Below, one piece after another: positions 25,239 through 35,046 of a stretch of 64,000 nucleotides of DNA; the first letter of the stretch is position 1, and every line of letters begins with the position of its first letter. Where the stretch lies: positions 96,001 through 160,000 of IMG/VR virus record IMGVR_UViG_3300045972_000807. One strand, given 5' to 3'. The notes under the pieces are model-generated. The model was not told the DNA's origin and made no database searches. It saw only the letters and a program-made list of their open reading frames with translations. The translations under genes and the position numbers were made by a program. The stretch comes from a virus.

Positions 25239-25582
25239 AGCTCAATATCCTTCTGCACTGTGGTGCCTATAGTCAGCACGCCCACTGCTGCGTTGTAATT
25301 GACAAACGTCTTTTCGCCCGTAGGCTCAATCAGCATACCGCCGGCACAAAAGGCAACGGGACGATCTACGGTGACGAAGTCGATGTTACCTAGCAGCTTA
25401 ACTACTTCCTTATGCTTTCCGATCTTGCAGCCCACAACCGAAAAGGCCCACTTACCTGAGGAAGGGTGCTTCAAAGGCGCTCCGAAAGGTCCCAGCACAG
25501 CCTTGAGTTCAGAGATAAGCTGCGCCACTAAAGCACGAGGATCTAGTGGCGCATTTTTGGAAGTTAGGCGTTTTATGGACAT
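25235..25582 (-). CDS. Hypothetical protein coupled to topoisomerase IB
   Basis: ATGA overlap with the topoisomerase start. Confidence 0.7.
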   Translation of the reverse strand: MSIKRLTSKNAPLDPRALVAQLISELKAVLGPFGAPLKHPSSGKWAFSVVGCKIGKHKEVVKLLGNIDFVTVDRPVAFCAGGMLIEPTGEKTFVNYNAAVGVLTIGTTVQKDIEL

Positions 25583-25599
25583 GATGCTATTAAATTGAT

Positions 25600-26625
25600 C
25601 TATCCAAAGAACTTCTTGTACTTGTTAGAACGCACGGTCATTACGCTGTAGACGTGCTCTCGGTTTATGTCGCAGGCACTACGGTTGCCGTAGATAGGTT
25701 GGGTAGACTTGCTGCACGACTTCTCTACATTGCCGAACCACACCTTAGGGTTGCACGTAGAAATCAGCTGGCACTTGCGTCTATCTTGTGACAGCCCACC
25801 GTAGCCACCGTTGTAGGAAGCGTCCGTGAAGGCCAGTTTGTCTTTGTCAAGAGCATCAGGTACTACACGAAGGACACTGGTATAGCTATCGTGTTCCTGA
25901 AGTACCATAGCACGCAGCTGTAGATCAGGGCGGGTATAAACGGTATCCCAGGTAAGGCCTGAAAGCTGTACCGGGTACTTGGAAGTCATTCCCTTGAGTG
26001 CGTCCATCCGTGTGTTGCCATTGGCATCATAGGCCCGCGTGATCTGTCCCAGACCTGCACCTTCCTCGCGAGAAGTCTTGAGTTGCGATTTTGGATTCCA
26101 GCACGACTTGTACGTTAAAGAGACACACGACTCCTGCTCTACAAGGCCACCCAGCAAATACGGCATGGTATGATCCGCCCAGTAGAGCTTTTGTTGCTTC
26201 ACAAGGGTGGGCGCGTACACGTTAGCATTCTCGGGTATGTACGTCTGAACGTCTATCCTAACCGCTGCATGTGCTTTACTGCCAAACATCAGCAGCAAAG
26301 CTGCCATCACTATAGCAATAGCTATCAAAGCCATGCCTGAGCCTTCAGGAGACTCTTGAGACTTTCGGAACATACGCTGAAGGTTCATCTCAGGGAAGTC
26401 AAACATAGACTTCCAGATCAGGTGGGTAACGCCTACTGCAAGCATACCGCTTGCAATACCCAGCACGATCATCAGAGTGCTGGCACCTTTGTCGGGGTCT
26501 GTGAAGTACAGCACTGCGATGAGGATGAGGATGAGAACAAACAGCGCAACCGTATGGTGCTTGCGGTACTTCTTTTCCACTTCTTTGATCTCGTCATCGA
26601 GGCCGTCTTTAAGATTAATGTTCAT
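25600..26625 (-). CDS. Lytic transglycosylase endolysin with three N-terminal transmembrane segments (holin-like fusion)
   Basis: Three hydrophobic helices ending ...SKAHA, then SLT motifs VEQES, GAGLGQIT, ASYNGG, INREHV. Confidence 0.85.
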   Translation of the reverse strand: MNINLKDGLDDEIKEVEKKYRKHHTVALFVLILILIAVLYFTDPDKGASTLMIVLGIASGMLAVGVTHLIWKSMFDFPEMNLQRMFRKSQESPEGSGMALIAIAIVMAALLLMFGSKAHAAVRIDVQTYIPENANVYAPTLVKQQKLYWADHTMPYLLGGLVEQESCVSLTYKSCWNPKSQLKTSREEGAGLGQITRAYDANGNTRMDALKGMTSKYPVQLSGLTWDTVYTRPDLQLRAMVLQEHDSYTSVLRVVPDALDKDKLAFTDASYNGGYGGLSQDRRKCQLISTCNPKVWFGNVEKSCSKSTQPIYGNRSACDINREHVYSVMTVRSNKYKKFFG

Positions 26626-26644
26626 AGCTATATGCTCCTGTGGT

Positions 26645-27061
26645 TTAGGCCGTTGTATTAGGTGGAGGGGGAGTTCCCGAAGGTAAATCCCTAGCAGGTA
26701 GGTCGTCAGGAATGCTCCACTTATTCAGGGGGCAATCTGAACCCTTAAAGGACGCTTTAAACAATACAAAGCACTTGCACTTTCCGCATTGATCGAAACC
26801 CGCAAAGGTGGTTAGCTCGGGGCACGCTTTACATATAGCCAAGCGCTCCTTTTTTGTAAGAGCATCTGTTCTGCGCTCCGGGGGAGTTTGCTCAACCCGT
26901 TCGTCCATGTGTGCCTGGGTCAGTTCCATGTCTGGGGCGTAACCAACTCGTTCAACGATAACAGCTTCAGGAACAAACAAGGTAGCCTCAATTGTGTTAA
27001 CCCTGTTGGGTATAACGTGGACTAAGTCCGTACTCGATACGTTTACAATTTCTTCAGTCAT
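26645..27061 (-). CDS. Cys-rich protein (DUF6171-like)
   Basis: ERLAICKACP...CGKCKCFV..KA......CPLNKW. Confidence 0.75.
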   Translation of the reverse strand: MTEEIVNVSSTDLVHVIPNRVNTIEATLFVPEAVIVERVGYAPDMELTQAHMDERVEQTPPERRTDALTKKERLAICKACPELTTFAGFDQCGKCKCFVLFKASFKGSDCPLNKWSIPDDLPARDLPSGTPPPPNTTA

Positions 27062-27080
27062 TTATTTTGCTCCTTCAGTT

Positions 27081-29045
27081 TTACCATTGAAGCTGTACGA
27101 ATCCAGCTCCACCATACCCGTTAGGGTCATCTCGGCGTTCGTCACCAGCACCGCCACCGCCACCTCCAAGTGTACCTGGGTATCCGTCATGCGGCTGGTA
27201 AGGAGAGCCTACCCCTCCTTGACCACCTGCACCGTACGACGCGCCACCGCCGCCACCACCACCCGAGTAGTATCCAGAAGCACCTCCCGGACCGCCCAGT
27301 GCGTATCTAGTATTGCTTCCAGCATGACCTGGGCCACAGCCGTAGTCGTTACCGCCACCACCCGCGGCACCTGCAGTAAGTATAGGTAACAACAGTCCTA
27401 AGCTAGACACTATACCACCTCCGGCTCCGCCGGCTGTATTTCCTTGCGCGCCACCGCCACCGCCGCCCAGGTACACGTCAACAGTTCCATACCCGTTAGT
27501 AATGCGAGTAGCACCACCCGCACCACCCGCACCACCGTTGCTGCCAGATGGACATCCACCGCCACCTCCACCAACAACTATAGTAAGAGTATCACCGGGG
27601 ACAACCTTAAATCCACCCGAAGCTACTGCACCGCCACCGCCACCGCCTCCTCCCCAACCAGAGCACGAAGTGTCGCAACAGTTTCCAGCACCACCCCCTC
27701 CGCCCCCACCGGAGGCAAGCAGAACTACGTTACGCATTTCTACAGGAACAGTTATGTAGTAGGTACCCGGAGTGTTTTGGTACCAGTATCCGCTAAGCTG
27801 TGTGCTGATCGTGTAGTCACCAGTTCTAGGGACTACAAGCACACCGTAAGGGTCAATTGTGAGGCATGCTCTGCCTTGGTACCTGAATACAAGGTTGGCC
27901 CCTTCCTGAGTAACTGTCCAGTCTACGGTTCCTAGTGTCTTTAATGCTTGCTGAACCGCAGTAACTGCGGCTTGAGCAGCAGCAATCTGATTAGTTACCT
28001 GCAAGTTCATGTCAGCCAGCGCTCTGTTCATATCGAACTTGGCCTGAGCCAACTGCTGATTGATTAAAGCCTCTTCATCGGTTAAGCTTTGATTCAAAAG
28101 ATTCATCTCGTCAGCCAACGTCTGCGTCAACAAACTAATAGCCGAATTTAGCGCGTCTGTTTGCGCCTTATCTTTTTGTTCTATGACTGTCTCAAGGAAC
28201 ACATAGTCTGACAATGTGGTCTCACGAGCTAGCAACATCACCGTGGCACCTGCCGCCAAGCCTGTTATGGGGTACGTAAGGTTAGCCACACCTGGGCTGC
28301 CTGAAGCTATAACGCGAACGTTACCCAGCATATCCTGCATCAGGAAGTCACCTGGTAAGAACGCCGCGTCCATAAGATTAAACGCTGGGCCGTTAAGGGT
28401 AACGCCGTCATTTTCTACAGAAGCCAAGATTCCAGAGTCAACTTGAAGGTAGTTGGCTACGTTCCACTGCATTCCGTTAGACGCGGTAAGGAACAAGCTG
28501 TTGTTACCGTTAACCGCTTCCATAACGATAAGGGCGTCAGGCTGGCCTGGGAGAAATCGCTGACCAGTTACGTTGTTGGTTGAGCCCACAACCTCAATTA
28601 CGCCGGGTGTTCCCGTGATAACCTGAATAACCGAAGGCGACATTCCGATGTTCAGAACACAATGAAAGGTAAGGGCGTTAGCAACACCCGAGGCAGCACT
28701 CGCCTTTGTCTGGAGTGCTCCGAAAGCTGCCAAGGCGAATAGTGTGCCGTCGCTGAGGTACAGTGCTATCTCACCAAACGTAAACGGGCCAGCGGTAGCC
28801 GGGACAATACAGACAATGTCCCTAGTTATTTCGCTAAGCATGTTCCAGCTTGAAGGAGCATCCGAGTATACCTCAGTGCCGTGAATGATCGTGTCATTCA
28901 ACCCCGGAGTATAGTTGTACCCAGTACCCAAGGTGAACCTAGTAATGGATATAGATAAGCCTTGACCTTGTGCCAGCATGGCTGCGTTGAGGCCAGCCTG
29001 CGTTATCGTAAACGCTGACGGTGCTATTGTGCTTGATGTAGCCAT
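27081..29045 (-). CDS. Tail fibre protein with coiled coil and C-terminal glycine-rich domain
   Basis: N-terminal ITQAGL...GPFTFGEIALY...LFA anchor; PGTYYITVP...GGGGG...GGAGFVQLQW. Confidence 0.85.
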   Translation of the reverse strand: MATSSTIAPSAFTITQAGLNAAMLAQGQGLSISITRFTLGTGYNYTPGLNDTIIHGTEVYSDAPSSWNMLSEITRDIVCIVPATAGPFTFGEIALYLSDGTLFALAAFGALQTKASAASGVANALTFHCVLNIGMSPSVIQVITGTPGVIEVVGSTNNVTGQRFLPGQPDALIVMEAVNGNNSLFLTASNGMQWNVANYLQVDSGILASVENDGVTLNGPAFNLMDAAFLPGDFLMQDMLGNVRVIASGSPGVANLTYPITGLAAGATVMLLARETTLSDYVFLETVIEQKDKAQTDALNSAISLLTQTLADEMNLLNQSLTDEEALINQQLAQAKFDMNRALADMNLQVTNQIAAAQAAVTAVQQALKTLGTVDWTVTQEGANLVFRYQGRACLTIDPYGVLVVPRTGDYTISTQLSGYWYQNTPGTYYITVPVEMRNVVLLASGGGGGGGAGNCCDTSCSGWGGGGGGGGAVASGGFKVVPGDTLTIVVGGGGGGCPSGSNGGAGGAGGATRITNGYGTVDVYLGGGGGGAQGNTAGGAGGGIVSSLGLLLPILTAGAAGGGGNDYGCGPGHAGSNTRYALGGPGGASGYYSGGGGGGGASYGAGGQGGVGSPYQPHDGYPGTLGGGGGGAGDERRDDPNGYGGAGFVQLQW

Positions 29046-29072
29046 TTTATGTTTCCTGTTGTTCCACTTAAA

Positions 29073-31541
29073 TTAACTGATAGTGCATACGCCGTACACG
29101 CGGGAGGTATCGTTATTAACAAACGTAACGCCTACTCCCGGTGAGGACTTCCATGTTACTGCACCGCCACCGCCACCGCCGTGGACTGTGGTGTTACCGC
29201 CGGGTTTACCCCAGCCGCCTCCGCCGCCTCCGCCGCCACCTGAGGTAGACGAAGGATCACCGCCGGCGGTGTTACCGGTTCCGCCAGCTCCAGCTGTAAT
29301 GGTTTGACCCGACCAGGCTATGTAAAGAGCCCCCGGTGTTCCGCCAGAGCCTGGGAATTGCCGTCCACCACCGCCCCCGCCTGCACCGTATATCCCGCCG
29401 CCTCCGCCTGCTCCACCACCCTTACCGGGTGACGCTAGTGCTCCTGAGGTCATGCCGGTTCCGCCCGGGCTGCCTATTGATCCACCTGCACCACCCTTTT
29501 GCTGTACCTTGATAATGGCATTGCTAATATCGTAGCTACCAGTCCCGCCAAGTCCTCCGCCTGCTCCGCCACCGCCACCGCCTTGGTCAGCCCAGACGAT
29601 AGCTGCGCCGCCCCCACCACCCCCACCGATATACGCATTTGGATCGGTGTTGTCGATAACCAGAGCTACGTTTGTGAATATAGCTGTGCCGCCGTTCTGC
29701 CCGATACCGTACCCGTTAAGGGCAAAGCCTAGCTGAGTGTTGCTTCCTCCTTGCCCACCCTTTCCAGCTATAAAGCCGTGGTTGATAAGCTTTACCGTAG
29801 ACCCGGGTGCAAACCTGTCTATGTATAGAGCAAATAGTTGAGGATTCTCTGAGTACACCCAAATACCAGGGGCCACGGTTACCGTAACAGAGCAAGCCGC
29901 AGTACCTACGCCTGTGCCATACTTTATAGCTAAGTTCTGGACTACACTGTAGTTCATAGAGTGCTGAGAGATCGTTATCTCGTAAGCTGGCGCTGTTACT
30001 ACCCCTATGCCTGTTGTGGATGCCGTTGGATACAAAGCTGTAGCTGCCTGAGTAGCTGTGATTACCGCACTACCCATCCCCACCACAGTGATCGTATTAC
30101 CTGACACTGAAAGAATCGAGGAGTTGCTACTGCTGTACGACCATGCTCCGCCAGAACTTGTGGTAGGCGGAACTATGGTAAACGGTGAATCACCAACCAA
30201 CTTGGGAGGTATAACCAAAGGTCCCAGGTTGTTTGGTGGCTGGGTAACTGAGAACACAGCCGATACAGTAAACAAACCGTAGCAGGCATCAGCCGCCTGC
30301 CTAGCCGTTATCGTGCAGCTCCCCACACCTACGACAGTACAGGTGCTACCTGAAATTGATGCTACATTGGTATTACTGGACGTATAAGTCCACGCGCCCG
30401 ACCCAGAAGAATCTGGCTGTGTTACTGGGAACGGTGCGGCCGTCAAGAGCTTACTAGGCACAGAGAAGGTAGTTGACGCGCCCAGAGTATTTATCTTGGC
30501 TACGACGTTTACTGTGGCACTAACAGCGTTGCCTGCAAATAGAGCAGTAGCTGCCTGAGTAGCTGTTATCGTGCAGGTGCCCAATTTCCCCAGAATAGAA
30601 ACAATGTTCCCAGATACAGAAAGTATCGTAGTATCGCTACTGGTGTAAGTCCACGCGCCATCGCTGTTAGACACAGGCTGTGTTATCGTAAAGTCTGGGC
30701 TACAGAAGTACAGCGTAGGGTTAATAGAAAGAGCCCCTACGCTAGCTGCCTGGGTAGCCACGGTAAACGTAGCAACAGCGGAAGCAGGCCCGTAACAAGG
30801 GTCTCCCGACTTGGTAGCAGTTATGACGCACTGACCTGAAGCTATAGCGTTAACCGTATTGTTGCTTATGGTTGCTACATTGAGGTTGCTTGACGCATAC
30901 GCCCAAGTGCCGCCACTTTGGGAAGTCGGCGGGGTTAGGGTCTGCGATGTGCCTGCGACCAGGTTAGGCACAGTGAAAGGTCCTAGCGAGTCTGTTTGGG
31001 TAGTTACCGTTACGTTAGCAGTTATTATTCCCGCACCCACAGTTGCTGTGGCTGCCTGGGTAGCACTAATTACGCATGATCCCAGACCCGTGGGAGTAGC
31101 AACATTCCCGTTTATAGAAATAACTATCGGGTTGCTACTGGTGTAAGTCCATGCTCCAGTGCTGTTGGACGTAGGTGTAGGTAGAGTAAACGGTACACTG
31201 CAAAGGTACTTGTTCCCAATCACAAAATTGCTTACGTGGTCAGGAAGTATCTGAGTAACCGTAACAAACGCGGTGGCTTTACCTGCGGAGAATCCTGTAT
31301 GCGCTACCTGCATAGCACTTATGGTAACCGAACCGGCCACTAAAGCAGTAGCTGTGTTACCCACTATCTTTACGATGTAGGGGTCACTACTGACGTACGT
31401 CCAGGGAGCCGGGCTGTTACTCCTGGGGGGCGTCAGCGTTACAGGTCCTCCTCCAGCTTTTAAGGCGGGCAATATAAGCGGACCAAGCAAATTCGGAATG
31501 CCAGTTACCTTTACTCTGGGAGCTATTTGTATTGTTACCAT
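29073..31541 (-). CDS. Adhesin-like protein: six Ig-like repeats plus gp38-like polyglycine domain
   Basis: Six P.S.S.GAWTY.SS...ITA.Q repeats; VKLINHGFIAGKGGQGG...GGTAI...IGGGGGGG. Confidence 0.8.
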   Translation of the reverse strand: MVTIQIAPRVKVTGIPNLLGPLILPALKAGGGPVTLTPPRSNSPAPWTYVSSDPYIVKIVGNTATALVAGSVTISAMQVAHTGFSAGKATAFVTVTQILPDHVSNFVIGNKYLCSVPFTLPTPTSNSTGAWTYTSSNPIVISINGNVATPTGLGSCVISATQAATATVGAGIITANVTVTTQTDSLGPFTVPNLVAGTSQTLTPPTSQSGGTWAYASSNLNVATISNNTVNAIASGQCVITATKSGDPCYGPASAVATFTVATQAASVGALSINPTLYFCSPDFTITQPVSNSDGAWTYTSSDTTILSVSGNIVSILGKLGTCTITATQAATALFAGNAVSATVNVVAKINTLGASTTFSVPSKLLTAAPFPVTQPDSSGSGAWTYTSSNTNVASISGSTCTVVGVGSCTITARQAADACYGLFTVSAVFSVTQPPNNLGPLVIPPKLVGDSPFTIVPPTTSSGGAWSYSSSNSSILSVSGNTITVVGMGSAVITATQAATALYPTASTTGIGVVTAPAYEITISQHSMNYSVVQNLAIKYGTGVGTAACSVTVTVAPGIWVYSENPQLFALYIDRFAPGSTVKLINHGFIAGKGGQGGSNTQLGFALNGYGIGQNGGTAIFTNVALVIDNTDPNAYIGGGGGGGAAIVWADQGGGGGGAGGGLGGTGSYDISNAIIKVQQKGGAGGSIGSPGGTGMTSGALASPGKGGGAGGGGGIYGAGGGGGGRQFPGSGGTPGALYIAWSGQTITAGAGGTGNTAGGDPSSTSGGGGGGGGGWGKPGGNTTVHGGGGGGAVTWKSSPGVGVTFVNNDTSRVYGVCTIS

Positions 31542-31545
31542 CTCA

Positions 31546-32298
31546 CTATACCCCGGTAGGATAAATAACGTTTTCGTAAAACAGACCCATGCTGATTAGG
31601 TTCTGCTGATCGGGCTGCCCGATCTTCAAAGTGTTTTCGTCTGTGATCTCGTACAGCACTAGGTTGTAGTTAAACACATCGTTAAAGAACTGTAGGAACT
31701 CATCTGCTGTGGCGTTCTTGAAAGCAGGAGACGCGCCCAATGCCATGCTAACGTGCGTAGTCGGGTAGTAGGTATTGTTGGGGTCGGGGTTGGGGTCTGT
31801 GATCTTGTTGTTAAGCAACAAGGGATTCTCAATCATTGCCCCGCTAGTCGAATCCAGAATTAACTCGGGGATGAAGTGCTGATAGTCGTGTGTCCACAAA
31901 TTTATCATGGTCAGCGAAGCACCCATGGTAAAGTTTATGAAATCCACTACCTTACCTGTTCCCTTGCTGTACCAGTAAGCCCCTAGGTTACGGAACAGCA
32001 TCAACGCCTGGGTGGAGTTGAGGTACGTTGGATTGTTTAGAGGCAGGCCGTTAAAGGTAAGCTGCTTCAGAAGAGTCTGAAGGTCTTGCTGATACTGTGC
32101 GTTGCTTGTATCGAACATTGTCCCAGACGTTATGGCATCTTGAATCTGAGGACCAACTACGTAGGGGTTACGCACCCCCTGAAGTTGCGTGGTAGCTGTG
32201 CTTGTATCTAGGAACAGCTTATCCAGCGCCGCGGTTAATTCAGTCCACGTGCTGGTGTTCAAATACGGTGGGAGTAGAATGCTTCTGTTGTATGCCAT
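31546..32298 (-). CDS. Baseplate wedge protein (P2 gpI / T4 gp7-like)
   Basis: LLPPYL and YWYSKGT motifs; follows the baseplate J-like gene; start at ATG 32298. Confidence 0.7.
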   Translation of the reverse strand: MAYNRSILLPPYLNTSTWTELTAALDKLFLDTSTATTQLQGVRNPYVVGPQIQDAITSGTMFDTSNAQYQQDLQTLLKQLTFNGLPLNNPTYLNSTQALMLFRNLGAYWYSKGTGKVVDFINFTMGASLTMINLWTHDYQHFIPELILDSTSGAMIENPLLLNNKITDPNPDPNNTYYPTTHVSMALGASPAFKNATADEFLQFFNDVFNYNLVLYEITDENTLKIGQPDQQNLISMGLFYENVIYPTGV

Positions 32299-32303
32299 GA
32301 TAT

Positions 32304-32594
32304 TTACGCTTTTTCCCATTTGCCGTTACGAATGAATCCGTGATCACCGCAAGCCCTGCACGCTAGGCTAGGCGCCAAGGTCACAGGATTATCCGATACG
32401 AGCTCCCAGCTATGTTCCAGGAGTTTAGACTTAAACTCTAGAGCCCACGCATGATCCCTGAAAGGTATCGAGGACTCACACAGCTTTCCTTCAGGCGTAA
32501 GGTGCGTGACGATAGCCCCAGACCTATTGTCACCCTTGTAGCTTGTAAACTCAATCGTGTGGTTGTCGCCTAAATCAATTGGTAGTAAGCTCAT
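32304..32594 (-). CDS. DUF6527-like small Cys/His protein
   Basis: W...PVTLAPSLACRACGDHGFIRNGKW. Confidence 0.7.
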   Translation of the reverse strand: MSLLPIDLGDNHTIEFTSYKGDNRSGAIVTHLTPEGKLCESSIPFRDHAWALEFKSKLLEHSWELVSDNPVTLAPSLACRACGDHGFIRNGKWEKA

Positions 32595-32599
32595 ATCGT

Positions 32600-34576
32600 T
32601 TAGCCTTGTGAGCTGCCGCTACGTTGTGTGTAATACGTCTTAACCGTGAGGTTGCCCAGCTTATTGTAGGCAACCACGTTGTAGGGCAACGTGGCTGAAT
32701 TGGTGGACGTTGGCACTGGCACAACGCTTCCGTCATCAATGTAGACTGGATTGGCTGTGTTAGCAGGAACCGTAGCAATAAGCCCCCAAGTGCTGCCAAT
32801 GCCTCCTCGGCCGTAAATAAGGTATTGCGTAGCAGAGGCAACCGCAGGCCATGTGAGCGTAACTCCGCTATTGCCCGCGGTTAGAACCAAGTACGCTAGA
32901 TTCTTTCCAGCAACTGTAGCGCCTGTATTCGATATATAGCCAACTGCATACGTTACCGACCCAGCATGCAATGAACCAGCTTGGCTATTCTGCACTAGAG
33001 CGGGTGACGGGATCCACGGTGTGGACACAATAGCATCTTTAGCAGGTGTAACTATGTCTACGTAGTCGATACCTGAGTAAGAAGCCAAGATCGCTTGGCT
33101 TATGTCCGTCAGCATAATGTCGTAGTTCAACCCGGCGTTAGTAAACAAACCAGTTATGGCCGCGGTGGCTGAGGAGTTGCCCAGGTCAAGGTTGGCCCAC
33201 GACTTACAGTAAACGATAACGTTTACGTCCACTATGCTAGGAACTGGTGGCACAATGTTGTAGCGCCCTGAGTACAGCGAATTGGTGTGCAGGTATTCGA
33301 TGAAGTTAGTAACGTCCACCGAATTCCAGGTAACCCCCGCCTTAAGCAGATATGTGATCTGCATGTAGTTCATTAGCTTGGGATTGGACTGGTACACCTC
33401 ACGCTCTGAGAAAGTAACCGCATCCGATATACCTGGGTACTCCAAGATGGTGGTAAGGAACTGGCTCTTGTTTACCGCACTACCGAACGTACCGAAGGAA
33501 TACGCTGCAATATTCTTGTACCGCAGTGCGCCGGTTTCGTCAGCACCGCCCGAGGGGTTACCCAGTGCGTTGATTAGCAAATTCTGGTAGGCCGTAGTAG
33601 TTATGCTTTTATTCATGGCGTTAAGCGAATTAGCCGCCGACCCTGAGGTAACCACATAAACAAAGTTAACGGTATCGCTGATAAGAGGCATTGAACCGTA
33701 AGCGCCATCCCCAAACTCTACGACGAACTCGCCTGTAGCCAAAGTCTTGTCAACAAAGCCGCCGCCGGTTTTAGAAGTCCAAAGCCCCGTAGTCAACTTG
33801 GCAATAGACGTGCCGTTTACGGCAACAAAGGTGTCGGTGTCTGAGACAGTGAAACCAGACTCAGGCGAAGCCCATGCTTGGTAAGGTGTACCGAGTCCGT
33901 TGGTTGCCATAGACTTTACCATGCCTTGGAACAAGCTGAATGCTGACACAACCTGCCCAGGCTCTATTGTGATAAAGTCCCTATTGAACCAGTAGGTATT
34001 GGCTCCGGAGAACTGGGTGTACGGCGGAATAGTTATTTGCTGTGCGTTGTTGTTGGTTATAGCAACGGGCATGTTAGCCGGCAGCTTGCGGTTTAGGCGT
34101 ACGCCCTGCATCGTTGCACCTGCGTAGATTGCCGAATCAGAAACGGCTGTAGCAGGGAACGTGTCTTGCAGAGACCGCAAGATGTTTTGTTGGGCGCTTG
34201 AGTGAACTGTGCTGATAAGGGAGATAAGCGCGTCGCCTGTCTCTGTGGGCAGTATTGCCTTCCACGGCGCACTAGAAGAGCCCAGCATAGACTGCAACTG
34301 AGTCTTACCCGAGTTGTAATCCACAGACAGCGTAGACAAGGTAACGTTACTTCCAGCAGTGTGGGCGTTACCTTCTTGCAGAGCTACTTCTACAATAGCC
34401 CCAGCGGGAACCTCAATAGCGGCCAGGTTGTAGTAAGAGACGTTGTTAACAAGGTACGTGGTGAACGCTGGGACAGACATGGACACCTCACTACCATTGA
34501 CAAATACTGCCTGCATGGATGGAGGATTACCGCCTAGCTGAAAGGTTATAGCAATAGTGTGAGTTGTCGTAGCCAT
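32600..34576 (-). CDS. Baseplate wedge protein (gpJ / T4 gp6-like) with FN3-like insert
   Basis: DTFPATA, VEFGDG..G.MP, SGGADET, AVNKSQF...YPGI motifs. Confidence 0.88.
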   Translation of the reverse strand: MATTTHTIAITFQLGGNPPSMQAVFVNGSEVSMSVPAFTTYLVNNVSYYNLAAIEVPAGAIVEVALQEGNAHTAGSNVTLSTLSVDYNSGKTQLQSMLGSSSAPWKAILPTETGDALISLISTVHSSAQQNILRSLQDTFPATAVSDSAIYAGATMQGVRLNRKLPANMPVAITNNNAQQITIPPYTQFSGANTYWFNRDFITIEPGQVVSAFSLFQGMVKSMATNGLGTPYQAWASPESGFTVSDTDTFVAVNGTSIAKLTTGLWTSKTGGGFVDKTLATGEFVVEFGDGAYGSMPLISDTVNFVYVVTSGSAANSLNAMNKSITTTAYQNLLINALGNPSGGADETGALRYKNIAAYSFGTFGSAVNKSQFLTTILEYPGISDAVTFSEREVYQSNPKLMNYMQITYLLKAGVTWNSVDVTNFIEYLHTNSLYSGRYNIVPPVPSIVDVNVIVYCKSWANLDLGNSSATAAITGLFTNAGLNYDIMLTDISQAILASYSGIDYVDIVTPAKDAIVSTPWIPSPALVQNSQAGSLHAGSVTYAVGYISNTGATVAGKNLAYLVLTAGNSGVTLTWPAVASATQYLIYGRGGIGSTWGLIATVPANTANPVYIDDGSVVPVPTSTNSATLPYNVVAYNKLGNLTVKTYYTQRSGSSQG

Positions 34577-34588
34577 TGTTGTTCCTGA

Positions 34589-35035
34589 TTACACGGGTAA
34601 AGAATAGGATGCCGAGAATTGCTGATTGGCAGCTGAGATCAGCTGACCGTAAACAGTGATAGCGTATCCCGGGATAGAAGTATCGGCAACCACGCTGACA
34701 GACACGTTTGTAATCCGAGGCTCCCAATTGCGTACAGCCGTCTTTGCGGCCATCGCGATAAGGTCAGCCGTCTGAGAGTCAAAAGGCTCCTGAAGCAACT
34801 GGTAGAGGCCGCTCCAGTAATCCTCTTGGAAGATGCGGCTACGAGTTCCCTGTGCGCTAACAAACAGGTTAGCCAGAGAACCGTGAACTATTGCATAGGT
34901 GTCCAGTAAGATCAGGGAAGGGCTGGTGTGCGGGTCGAACGTAGGGTTTATGTCTATGTACGACGCGCCTTGAACCTGCAGACCCGGGTTCAAGATATCG
35001 CTTGGGGTTATTACGTCTGCTACTTTGGTTGCCAT
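34589..35035 (-). CDS. Baseplate wedge / sheath initiator (gpW / gp25-like)
   Basis: SLANLF...GTRSRIF...LLQEP...AVRNWEPRI. Confidence 0.88.
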   Translation of the reverse strand: MATKVADVITPSDILNPGLQVQGASYIDINPTFDPHTSPSLILLDTYAIVHGSLANLFVSAQGTRSRIFQEDYWSGLYQLLQEPFDSQTADLIAMAAKTAVRNWEPRITNVSVSVVADTSIPGYAITVYGQLISAANQQFSASYSLPV

Positions 35036-35046
35036 GATACGAATCC

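Noticed and set aside
26645-27061. Spanin next to the endolysin
   Set aside because: No transmembrane anchor or lipobox; it is a Cys-rich soluble protein. No spanin was identified in the window.
4357-31541. Diversity-generating retroelement or invertible fibre cassette
   Set aside because: No reverse transcriptase, invertase, template/variable repeat pair or flanking inverted repeats seen in this window
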